Origin: Candidatus Parcubacteria bacterium
Lineage (GTDB): Bacteria; Patescibacteriota; Minisyncoccia; Phycocordibacterales; JAACPR01
Direction: 5' to 3'
NCBI GenBank assembly: GCA_039805545.1
Contig: JBDLUA010000001.1
Location: 566 to 64,565, forward strand
DNA: 64,000 nt
The position numbers and the translations under genes were made by a program. Positions within the stretch are counted from its first letter, which is position 1. Every line of letters starts with the position of its first letter. A model generated the notes under the pieces. The model had not been told where the DNA came from and did not search any database. It was given only the letters and a program-made list of their open reading frames with translations. This document shows positions 47,705-56,487 of this stretch, piece by piece.

Positions 47705-50260
47705 TTACCCTTTAATAACGAAACTCACCAATTTTTGAGGAACATAAATTTCTTTAACAATCTCTTTACCTTCTATCCATCGAAGTACTTCAGGATTTGA
47801 TTTTGCTTGAGCAAGAATTTCTTCTTTTGAAAGATTTGGATCAACTTCAAGTACTGTTCGCGTCTTTCCGTTCACTTGAACGGCAATTTTGAGCTTCTGA
47901 TCGGCAAGTATAGATACATCAGGGGTACTAAATAATTGATTGTAAATCAAATCACTCTCTCCTATTGATGACCAGATCTCTTGTGCAAGGTGTGGCGCAT
48001 ATGTTTCAAATACTACTAAGAATTTTTTGAATGTATCTTTTGAAAATTCTGTTTTTTCCAAAGAATTAATACATACCATTAATTTAGAAAGGCCTGTATT
48101 AAATTTAAGTTGTTCAAAATCAGTTGTGATTTGTGAAAGAAGTGTGTTTATTGCAACAAGTGCCTCTTTTGAATCTTGCGTGGAAACTTTTTCTACAAGT
48201 GAATACACTCGTTCAAAGAATCTTCGAATTCCAACTACACCGTTTGGATCCCATGGATAATTTCCTGCTTCTCCATATGGCCCCATAAATGCAAGATATG
48301 CACGCACCACATCAGCGCCAACTCGTTCCACTACTTCATCAGGATTAATTACATTTCCTTTTGACTTACTCATCTTATCTCCATCTGTCCCAAGAATAAG
48401 TCCTCTGTTATTTCTCTTATTAAAAGGTTCTGATTGCGGAACAATTCCAAGGTCATACATTACTTTGTATACAAATCGTGCATACAATAAGTGTCGTGTA
48501 GTATGTTCACTTCCTCCAGAATAAAAATCAATCGGAAGCCATGTCTTCTTTGCTTGTTCTGAGGCAATTTCTGTATCATTCTTAGGATCAATGTATCGTG
48601 TGTAATACCAACTTGAATCAACAAATGTATCAAGAGTATCTGTCTCTCGCTCTGCTTTGCTGCCACATTGAGGACAAGATGCCTCTACCCACTCATGATT
48701 GTGTGCAAGTGGAGACTTACCGTCATCTCGCATTTCGATCTTATCCATATCAGGAAGAACAACAGGAAGCTGATCCTCAGGTACAGGAATAGTTCCACAA
48801 GATGTACAATGAATCATCGGAATAGGACAACCCCAATATCGTTGCCGTGATACTGACCAATCTTGAAGTTTGTATGTTGTTGTCTTTTCTCCGTATTTTG
48901 ATGTGATAGCATCTTTGGCTTGTTCTGATGTAAGTCCGTTGAATTCTCCGGAGTTAAAGATTAGAGCATTATCGCCTACAAAAGGTTTCTTTCCATTTAG
49001 ATAATCTTCATTGAGTTTTGTTAGTTCTTCAGTAGAATCAAAATCTTTGTTAAAAGAACCATCAACCCTAATAACATTTGGCCGTAAAACAACTTTAATC
49101 TCTAAATTATATTTTTGAGCAAATTCAAAATCTCTATCATCATGTGCAGGTACTGCCATTACACACCCTGTTCCGTATGTTGCGATTACATAATCAGAAA
49201 TAAACACAGGAATTTCTCTTCCTGTCGCTGGATGAAGTGCTTTGATTCCTTTAAGTTCAACCCCTGTCTTATCTTTGTTTGTTTGTCTATCAAGATCAGT
49301 TTTTTTATTTGTTTGATCAATATAGGTTTGAACTTCTGACCAATTTGAAATAGATGGTTTTAATGTTTGAACAAGATCGTGTTCTGGCGCAACAACAACA
49401 TAAGTAACACCCATAAATGTATCTGGTCGTGTAGTGAAGACTTTTATTTGAAGGTTACCTTGTGCATTAGTGAAGTCTGCAAGCGGAGTTTGGTGATCCT
49501 GGATCCTCGCCTCCGCGAGGATGACGTCATTGGGAGCAGGGATGACACCACCCGTTCCTTTAATATCGAATGTAAAAAAAGTTCCATGGCTTCGTCCAAT
49601 CCAATTCTTTTGTGCTTCTTTGATGTGATGGGGCCAATTAAGAGAATCAAGATCATCGATAAGTCTATCTGCATACTTTGTAATCTCGATATTCCATTGT
49701 TTCATTTCTTTTTGTTCAACGGCGCTACTGCATCGTTCACATACTCCACCTTCGAGTTGTTCATTTGCAAGAACAGTTTTACAAGAAGGACACCAATTCA
49801 CATGAGTTTGCTCGTGCTTTACTAATCCTTTTTTATAAAATTGAAGAAACAACCATTGCGTCCATTTATAATATTCTGGATCAGATGTAACAACCTTGGT
49901 ATCCCAGTCAATCATTGTTCCCATACTCTTTACCTGTTCAATCATCTTTTCGATATTCGAATAGGTCCAAGTCTTAGGATTAAGGCCTCGCTTGATAGCG
50001 GCGTTCTCAGCAGGAAGACCAAAAGAATCAAAACCAAATGGAAATAGCACATCTTTACCAAGATGGTGCATATATCGCGCAAAAATATCAGTCACGGCAA
50101 AGGCATACCAATGCCCTACATGAAGATCTCCTGAAGGATACGGAAATTCTACAAGGAGATATGATTTATCTTTTGGATTTGGATTTGTTTTGAAAAGGTT
50201 TTTTGATTCCCATTCTTTTTGCCATTTAGATTCGATTTCTTTATGATTGTAGTCTTTCAT
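47705..50260 (-). CDS. leuS: Leucine--tRNA ligase (in-frame palindromic insertion)
   Basis: FPYPSG.LHVGH, VFTTRPDT, GTG.VMAVPAHD, SRQRYWG, KMSKS. Confidence 0.99.
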   Translation of the reverse strand: MKDYNHKEIESKWQKEWESKNLFKTNPNPKDKSYLLVEFPYPSGDLHVGHWYAFAVTDIFARYMHHLGKDVLFPFGFDSFGLPAENAAIKRGLNPKTWTYSNIEKMIEQVKSMGTMIDWDTKVVTSDPEYYKWTQWLFLQFYKKGLVKHEQTHVNWCPSCKTVLANEQLEGGVCERCSSAVEQKEMKQWNIEITKYADRLIDDLDSLNWPHHIKEAQKNWIGRSHGTFFTFDIKGTGGVIPAPNDVILAEARIQDHQTPLADFTNAQGNLQIKVFTTRPDTFMGVTYVVVAPEHDLVQTLKPSISNWSEVQTYIDQTNKKTDLDRQTNKDKTGVELKGIKALHPATGREIPVFISDYVIATYGTGCVMAVPAHDDRDFEFAQKYNLEIKVVLRPNVIRVDGSFNKDFDSTEELTKLNEDYLNGKKPFVGDNALIFNSGEFNGLTSEQAKDAITSKYGEKTTTYKLQDWSVSRQRYWGCPIPMIHCTSCGTIPVPEDQLPVVLPDMDKIEMRDDGKSPLAHNHEWVEASCPQCGSKAERETDTLDTFVDSSWYYTRYIDPKNDTEIASEQAKKTWLPIDFYSGGSEHTTRHLLYARFVYKVMYDLGIVPQSEPFNKRNNRGLILGTDGDKMSKSKGNVINPDEVVERVGADVVRAYLAFMGPYGEAGNYPWDPNGVVGIRRFFERVYSLVEKVSTQDSKEALVAINTLLSQITTDFEQLKFNTGLSKLMVCINSLEKTEFSKDTFKKFLVVFETYAPHLAQEIWSSIGESDLIYNQLFSTPDVSILADQKLKIAVQVNGKTRTVLEVDPNLSKEEILAQAKSNPEVLRWIEGKEIVKEIYVPQKLVSFVIKG
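49493..49548 (-). repeat. CGTC-tagged palindromic repeat (full + truncated copy) inside leuS
   Basis: gtgatcctggatcctcgcctccgcgaggatgacg followed by gcagggatgacac. Confidence 0.9.
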
Positions 50261-50550
50261 ATGTAGTGATGATACCACTATTCTTGTATTTTTAAAGTAT
50301 AAAAAAGAAAAAGCGCACCCTGCCCACAGTGCGCTTAGTTCGAAACAATCGTTTCTCTCTTTTTTTCAAGATAGTCCTTGACGGCAAGATGAACCAGTTC
50401 TCACAATGAGCAAAGTCCTTTAATGGGGCAAGAAGACTCATAAGGCGACTCTCTGATCCCGTCACAAAACCCTCACCGGATGAAGTGAAATTGAATCAGA
50501 TATATTCCTCTGAGTAAGATAAGTATATTTATTTTATTAAACAAAGCAAG

Positions 50551-51645
50551 TTAAACCAAAAACTCCATCACATCTCCATCAATCACTACATGATCTTTCC
50601 CCACTGTTTTAATCCAGCCCTTCTCTCGAGCTGCTGCGTGTGAACCGGCTTCGATAAGCTTGTCCCATGGAATAAGTGTTGCTCGAATAAATTTTTCTCT
50701 AAAATCTGTATGGATAGATGCTCCTGCCTCAGGTGCAGTTGCTCCAAGATGAGTTGTCCAGGCTCGTGTTTCCTTCTCACCTGTTGTGAAATATGTAATA
50801 AGTCCAAGCATTTCGTATGACTTTTTGATAAGTGCATCAAGCCCTCCATCAATCCCCATTTCTCTCTTCATTTCTGTCCGCTCTTCTTCTGAGAGTTCAT
50901 TCATATCAAGTTCACTTGCTGCATCAACTTTTACATAGGTAAAATTATGTTCTTGAAAATAATCAATGAGTTTGATATATCGTTCATCATTTAAGTCATC
51001 AAGATTCTTTCCTCCTGTTTTCTTATTTAGTGCATATAAAATTGGTTTTGCAGACATAAGGTGAAGTCCTTTGAGAAGTTTTTCTTCATCTTCATCAAGT
51101 TCGAGTTGATTTGCCATCTTCTCTGATTCAAGAACTTCTTTTACTTTTGTAAGAAGATCTGCTTCTTTTACTGCATTCTTATCACCTCGCTTCGCATCCT
51201 TCTCAATTGTTCCAAGTCTTTTGTTTACGGTTTCAAGATCAGCCATAATTAATTCAAGATTAATTACTTGAATATCAGAAAGAGGATCAACACTCCCGTG
51301 TACATGTGTAATGTTTGAATCTTCAAATATTCGAACCACTTCAAGAATCGCATCTGTCTCTCGAATGTTTGCGAGGAATTTGTTTCCGAGCCCTTCACCC
51401 TTTGATGCACCTTTCACAAGACCGGCAATGTCTGTAAATTCTACAACAGCAGGAATAGTTTTTTGTGTTTTAGAAAAATCTGAAAGTTTGTAGAGTCGAT
51501 CGTCTGGCACAGGAACAATTCCAACTGATGGATCAATTGTACAAAAAGGATAGTTCTCAGCTGGAACTGAGTTCTTTGTTAATGCATTGAATAAAGTTGA
51601 TTTACCTACGTTTGGGAGGCCTACAACGCCGATTGATAGTGACAT
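50551..51645 (-). CDS. ychF: Redox-regulated ATPase YchF
   Basis: GLPNVGKST, NYPFCTI, DIAGLV.GAS.GEGLGN, IHTDF. Confidence 0.98.
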   Translation of the reverse strand: MSLSIGVVGLPNVGKSTLFNALTKNSVPAENYPFCTIDPSVGIVPVPDDRLYKLSDFSKTQKTIPAVVEFTDIAGLVKGASKGEGLGNKFLANIRETDAILEVVRIFEDSNITHVHGSVDPLSDIQVINLELIMADLETVNKRLGTIEKDAKRGDKNAVKEADLLTKVKEVLESEKMANQLELDEDEEKLLKGLHLMSAKPILYALNKKTGGKNLDDLNDERYIKLIDYFQEHNFTYVKVDAASELDMNELSEEERTEMKREMGIDGGLDALIKKSYEMLGLITYFTTGEKETRAWTTHLGATAPEAGASIHTDFREKFIRATLIPWDKLIEAGSHAAAREKGWIKTVGKDHVVIDGDVMEFLV

Positions 51646-51647
51646 AC

Positions 51648-51881
51648 CTACTTCTTATACTTCATCATTGCTCTTTGGAGCTCATCTTTGTGATCCATCA
51701 TTACTTGCATCATTGCAGTTTGTTGGTCAATTCCTTTCTTTACCTTTGCTTGAATTTCAGTCGAAATAGTCTTGAGAAGTTCTGGATTCTCATCAATAAG
51801 GTTCATAATCATTTCTTGTTGGTCCTTAGGCATGTCTTTAATTTGCCGTTTTACCATTTGTTTCATTACAAAATTTAACAT
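51648..51881 (-). CDS. Small Met/Gln-rich helical hypothetical protein
   Basis: MLNFVMKQMVKRQ...ENPELL; start 51881 inferred; abuts ychF. Confidence 0.75.
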   Translation of the reverse strand: MLNFVMKQMVKRQIKDMPKDQQEMIMNLIDENPELLKTISTEIQAKVKKGIDQQTAMMQVMMDHKDELQRAMMKYKK

Positions 51882-51954
51882 AGTGGTTAGAGTGTACAAT
51901 AAAATGGATAAAAATGAAATGGCGGCGGGCCGTACGGCCCGCCCCCAAGTGGAA

Positions 51955-52149
51955 TTAGACGTGTGGGAATTTCCCAAAGAAATCGGTCTCCCTCAATGGA
52001 TGTTTTTCTTCATCTTGAGTTGAAGCAGAGCGAAGTCTTCGCTCAAATTCCTGATTCAGAATATTTCTATCAAAGGGTGTAGTGAATTTACCCTGTGAGA
52101 GACCAAGAATCTCAAACCAGTTATTATCTGGTTCAGAGGAGCTATGCAT
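51955..52149 (-). CDS. Small orphan protein with J-domain-like start
   Basis: NWFEILGLS; hairpin at ~51921-51946 follows. Confidence 0.5.
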   Translation of the reverse strand: MHSSSEPDNNWFEILGLSQGKFTTPFDRNILNQEFERRLRSASTQDEEKHPLRETDFFGKFPHV

Positions 52150-52166
52150 AAACTGATACTAACATG

Positions 52167-52192
52167 AGATCCTCGCCTCCGCGAGGATGACG
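52167..52192. repeat. Single CGTC-tagged palindromic repeat
   Basis: agatcctcgcctccgcgaggatgacg. Confidence 0.85.
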
Positions 52193-52236
52193 AAAAATAT
52201 AGTCCCCCTCGTCTTCACGAGGGTCCTTGTTTTTCG

Positions 52237-53187
52237 TCACTTCAAATAATACCTCACATTCTTCTTATGTTGATCATATGTAGTTGAGCAATGAATGTTT
52301 CCTCTTTTGTCATGTAAATAGAATATACAGTCTGTTTTAAGTGGGTTAAGGGCAGCCTTGATTGCCTCCTTACCAGGAGTTGCAATTGGTGTTGGTGGAA
52401 GACCAATATTTTGGTATGTGTTGTATGGAGACTCTAGTTTTTTGTCTTCTGCTTTAGGTGCAGGCCACCAATTTTCTTCATCTCCTTTGATATATTGAAG
52501 TGTTGCATCAATTTGAAGTGGCATACCAATTTCAATTCGATTATGAATAATTCCAGAAATAATACGCATATCTGACTTTCCTGCGGCTTCTCTTTGAATT
52601 AAAGATGCAATAGTAATAACTTGTGGAATTGAAATGTCTTTTTTATTTAAACCAAGTTCTTTAATAACTTCTTGAAAAGTATCTTGCATTGTTTGTTCAA
52701 CAATATCCGCATCTTCTTCCTTGTGTATTAAGTATGTTCCAGACGCAAGAAAACCTTCTTGACCTTTAAGCGGGCATACTGGTTGAACTTCTGCGAGTGT
52801 AATTATTTTTTCTTTTTCCCAATCAAGCTTTGTTCCTATAAGATCTGCAATTTGCCCCTTTCGATACCCTTCTGGAATAGAAACATATTTATATTCTGGT
52901 TCATCCAAAGCAACAGCAGTCGATACTGCACCCATTCCCTTTGAAAACACATACTCTCCTGGTTCTAAATCATTTTTGAATGAAAGCATTACTTGTACGA
53001 GCAATTGAGAAAAACCATTTGTAATGAGACCTTTTTCTTTAAGAGTATTTATAAAAGATTCCTTATCTCCAGTATACGGAACATACACAACACTTTTTGA
53101 TTGAGATTTTGAAATCGCAATAAAGAGCATAAAACAAAAAAATATAACAAAAAAGGATTTAAATGTATGAGTAGAAATGTATTTCAT
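52237..53187 (-). CDS. mltG: Endolytic transglycosylase MltG (copy 2)
   Basis: IPEG, EGFL..GTY, ASLIQREA, MPLQIDAT, SPYNTY, GLPPTPI. Confidence 0.92.
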   Translation of the reverse strand: MKYISTHTFKSFFVIFFCFMLFIAISKSQSKSVVYVPYTGDKESFINTLKEKGLITNGFSQLLVQVMLSFKNDLEPGEYVFSKGMGAVSTAVALDEPEYKYVSIPEGYRKGQIADLIGTKLDWEKEKIITLAEVQPVCPLKGQEGFLASGTYLIHKEEDADIVEQTMQDTFQEVIKELGLNKKDISIPQVITIASLIQREAAGKSDMRIISGIIHNRIEIGMPLQIDATLQYIKGDEENWWPAPKAEDKKLESPYNTYQNIGLPPTPIATPGKEAIKAALNPLKTDCIFYLHDKRGNIHCSTTYDQHKKNVRYYLK

Positions 53188-53240
53188 GTAACATCATTAT
53201 TATATCAGTACATTTTTTATATATGAAAATATTTGTACAC

Positions 53241-53272
53241 AAAAGTGGCGGACTCTTCGGGTCCGCCACTTT
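53241..53272. terminator. Intrinsic terminator, cUUCGg-loop family
   Basis: aaaagtggcggactc-ttcg-ggtccgccacttt. Confidence 0.8.
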
Positions 53273-53293
53273 ATGTTTTAAACTAAACTATAA

Positions 53294-54082
53294 TTAAATA
53301 GCTCCGTTTACATTATTAAGTGTAATTCCACTTAATACATAATCAGTAATGTTTGTATTAAATACATTTACTGCACCTGATGTAGAATTGTTTTTATATT
53401 CAATTCCTGTAAGTGTAAGTATTCCATTTAGTAAAGCTGATGTGTTACCAAGATTTTCAAGAGTTATATTTGTTGAAAATGATGCAGTTGCATTTGGAGA
53501 AACTTTCCAATAGCTTCCAACATCTGTTGCATCAGCACTTGTTACAGTTGCAGTAACACTTGAAACAGATCCTGTTGCGGGTGTGCCGTTTAATTTTACA
53601 TAATCCAAGTTCACTGTTTTTGGCATATAGAGATCTACATTAGATGCAGTTACATTAAATCTAAATCCGTATCGTCCTGATGTGTATGTATCAAGAACTC
53701 GTGTTGTTCCTACAAACCCAAATGTTTCACTTCCATCTGGTGTAACAGTTGGTGTTTCGGAATCTTCATCTCCTTCAGTGTTGTCTGTGGTTGTTGAGTT
53801 TGACATTGAACTTCGAAGTGCAAAAGCTGCTTCGTATAAATCTTTAAGAGTAATAGTTCCGTTTGTTTTATCAGAAGCGCCCATAAATTCTCCAGAACCA
53901 AGTTCTGCTGTTGTTGATGCAGTAATAAGATTATAGATTTCTTCGATACTGTACATTGTTTCTCCTGGTGCTGATGTTGGGTACAGAGTACCTGTTCCGG
54001 CTGACACAGCTGCAGATGCTGATGTTACATTGATACCAACAAAGGCTGCTGCAACAATTGATGTAATTATTATATTTTTCAT
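53294..54082 (-). CDS. Secreted Thr/Ser-rich surface protein
   Basis: Signal peptide ending ASA-A; beta-rich C-terminal half. Confidence 0.75.
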   Translation of the reverse strand: MKNIIITSIVAAAFVGINVTSASAAVSAGTGTLYPTSAPGETMYSIEEIYNLITASTTAELGSGEFMGASDKTNGTITLKDLYEAAFALRSSMSNSTTTDNTEGDEDSETPTVTPDGSETFGFVGTTRVLDTYTSGRYGFRFNVTASNVDLYMPKTVNLDYVKLNGTPATGSVSSVTATVTSADATDVGSYWKVSPNATASFSTNITLENLGNTSALLNGILTLTGIEYKNNSTSGAVNVFNTNITDYVLSGITLNNVNGAI

Positions 54083-54097
54083 ACGATTATTTTTAAT

Positions 54098-55009
54098 TTA
54101 GAAACCTTTTAATGCAAGAAAAGCTCGTGTAATTGGTCCAAAATATCCAGAAGCAGGAATAATTCCGTTATCTGCTTGATATTTAGCAAGAGCTGTTTTT
54201 GTAAGAAGACCAAAGTATTCAGTCTCGTTTCCAGGAGAACCTGGTCCTGATTCTGCTAATTTGTATCCAAGACTATTAAGTAATTGCTGTAATTTTTTAA
54301 CATTTGGATGTGTCATTCCAAAATATAAATCAATTGTACTAGAAGAAATTCTATTACCATCTAAAGAAGAGCCGTCTGGTTGATTTGTTGCCGGATAAAT
54401 CATTTCAGATGCAGAAAGTGTTCCAGCTGGAGCAGAAGAAGTATTGTTTGAACTTGTTCTTCGTCCACCAGTTCTTGTTTTAGAACTACCTGAATTGTTT
54501 CCAGAATCTGTTGATGTTGCAGTATCGCCACCATCGGTTGATGTTGCAACAGTATCTTTCTTCCAAGAAGTTGATACTTTAAAACTAATATCTTCGCATG
54601 TGCCTGTATTTAAACAGTTAAATGATACATATCCGACATTTGGAGAATATGCATATCCAAGAAAATCTCCATTAGCATCAATAGATACACCACTAAAGTC
54701 TATCCATCCAATGTTCTCTCCCCACGCATATCCACTCAACATACCTTCTCCATTATTTGTAACTCCATATTCGACAGAATCACAGTTTTCAGTATTGGAA
54801 CAATTGAGAGATATCCAGCCCGTATTACTACTATACGCATAGCCGTTTAATTCAGAGCCTGTAACCTCAGTATTACCGAGATCTGAACCAAAGTCTATCC
54901 ATCCAATGTTCTCTCCCCACGCATATCTATTAAATGAGTCTATATTCGTAGCTCCTGCATACTGAGGCGCAAGAACTAGCATAGACAAAACCACTATTGC
55001 TTTTTTCAT
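54098..55009 (-). CDS. Secreted protein with YAWGENIGWIDF repeats and peptidoglycan-binding domain
   Basis: Four YA(W/Y)..N.G(W/Y) repeats; VKKLQQLLN..G, YFG.LT..AL..YQ, GYFGP.TRA. Confidence 0.88.
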   Translation of the reverse strand: MKKAIVVLSMLVLAPQYAGATNIDSFNRYAWGENIGWIDFGSDLGNTEVTGSELNGYAYSSNTGWISLNCSNTENCDSVEYGVTNNGEGMLSGYAWGENIGWIDFSGVSIDANGDFLGYAYSPNVGYVSFNCLNTGTCEDISFKVSTSWKKDTVATSTDGGDTATSTDSGNNSGSSKTRTGGRRTSSNNTSSAPAGTLSASEMIYPATNQPDGSSLDGNRISSSTIDLYFGMTHPNVKKLQQLLNSLGYKLAESGPGSPGNETEYFGLLTKTALAKYQADNGIIPASGYFGPITRAFLALKGF

Positions 55010-55133
55010 ACCTCATTTCAGACTATAACTCTTCCTGAGTTTGTCAAGCACTCTTAAAAGCCACCCTCCCATAATAGAGAAAGAAAATCCACCACGCGTG
55101 ACGTGGCGGATTTTGGGTTCGAAAGCAAATCCC

Positions 55134-55454
55134 TCAGGATTGCGCGATTTTGTCACGCAAAAGATTAGAGAGAAAAGTCATCGAAGTGAAGTGCTGCCTT
55201 CTTGCAGATTGTTCAGCTCTTTCATAGAGCGCAGACCGAGCAGGGTTTTGTTCTTTGAGTTGAGAAAGTCTCGTCATCTCAGAAGCAAACTCTTGTGTGC
55301 AACGCTCCTGCCGTGCAAGAATGTCTTGCACGAAGGCTTGTGCCCACTCAACTGCTTGAGCGTCTTCCATCCTTGCAAGTCATTGCTTGAATTGGGCAAG
55401 GAGTTCTTGCAAAGTCTCCTCTGCTGTTTGGAGCAATTTTTCAGGGTCGTTCAT
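55134..55454 (-). pseudogene. Orphan ORF interrupted by one in-frame TGA
   Basis: MNDPEKLLQTAEETLQELLAQFKQ*LARMEDAQ...; TTGACA upstream; terminator at 55086-55114. Confidence 0.55.
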
Positions 55455-55537
55455 CGGTGTCTGAGGTATATGTTTGTTCGGGTTGTCAGTATTTAAACAC
55501 TGAATGTGTGGTGTGTCAACACTCTAAGCCAAAACCT

Positions 55538-56077
55538 CTACTCGGTTTCTACAATCGTTTTTAAAAGCGATTTATTATATGAATTAGTTTTCTTCATTTC
55601 GTCAATTTCTGAAGCACTTAATAAACTCGTCACGATTTCAAATTTAAAATTGGAATTCATTTGATCTATAAGAATAATGGTCTCTCTCATATCATCTTTT
55701 GTTGCTCCATCCACATCTAATTTTTTAAATGCTTTACCAAGTAAAATACTATTATTTGCGAATTTATTCATCTGCATCTTCCCTTCTATACAAGTAAGAG
55801 AAGTCGATTCCCATTCATATTCATAATTTTGGCAATCAATTCCTTTTGCAATTTCAAGTATCTCTTGCCCGTCGGTAATAAATGATGAGCCCACTGTATC
55901 CCAAGAAGCTAAGTCTTCTTCTTTTACATTATTTACATATTGTTCTGCTTGTTCCTGTGTTAACCCTGTATCATTTGCAAAATTTTTAGCAACATCAGTT
56001 TGACTAATAGTATAAGCAGTACCTCCAACCAATAATGTAATAACTCCCCCAATAACCGCATTTTTAATATTATTCAT
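55538..56077 (-). CDS. Exported hypothetical protein
   Basis: N-terminal hydrophobic segment; 179 aa. Confidence 0.75.
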   Translation of the reverse strand: MNNIKNAVIGGVITLLVGGTAYTISQTDVAKNFANDTGLTQEQAEQYVNNVKEEDLASWDTVGSSFITDGQEILEIAKGIDCQNYEYEWESTSLTCIEGKMQMNKFANNSILLGKAFKKLDVDGATKDDMRETIILIDQMNSNFKFEIVTSLLSASEIDEMKKTNSYNKSLLKTIVETE

Positions 56078-56199
56078 ATTTTTAATTTGTTTAATCTGAT
56101 TTTATGCAAAAAGATTGACCTAAGTTCTATTTATATTTTTGCATATTCACTATCTAAAGCCTACTCCTTTAGAAAAAATAATCAAATAAATTAATATTC

Positions 56200-56435
56200 T
56201 CGACAGGACTTGACCCACAGGTACTAAGCTCACTGCGTCGCAAGCTCCTTGTTCACTAAGTACTGTTGGGTCGCGGCTCGGCCATCCCAGATCTGCTTCA
56301 CTCCGTTTCGCAGATGCAGGGGCCCTAGGCCTCCGCCGTTCAACTCCTGCGGATTCCACTAAAAATCAAAAACCGAAATGCATTCGCATTTCGGTTCTGA
56401 TTTTTATGTGGACTTGGATATTTTTTTGTTGAACC
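56200..56435. other. Structured GC-rich segment with degenerate tmRNA/tRNA 3' end (putative att remnant)
   Basis: gttcaactcctgcggattccacta followed by a long hairpin; lies at the composition break. Confidence 0.5.
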
Positions 56436-56487
56436 AGGTTATGAAAGAGTTGATAGTATTAAAAGAAATTTTGAAATGAGAGATATC

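Noticed and set aside
48960-49090. Second extra segment in LeuRS (VIRVDGSFNKDFDSTEELTKLNEDYLNGKK)
   Set aside because: No repeat or intein motifs; this loop is generally variable in LeuRS.
729-54842. Antisense shadow ORFs in the track (e.g. 729-1034, 6800-7207, 33033-33425, 34165-34542, 35827-36291, 49367-49825, 54444-54842)
   Set aside because: They overlap well-identified genes on the opposite strand and have no protein motifs.
56150-56359. 69-aa ORF MESAGVERRR
   Set aside because: It is a translation of the structured att-like element.
56200-56365. Intact tRNA or tmRNA gene
   Set aside because: Only a degenerate T-loop and 3' end are visible; there is no matching 5' acceptor strand, D arm or anticodon arm.
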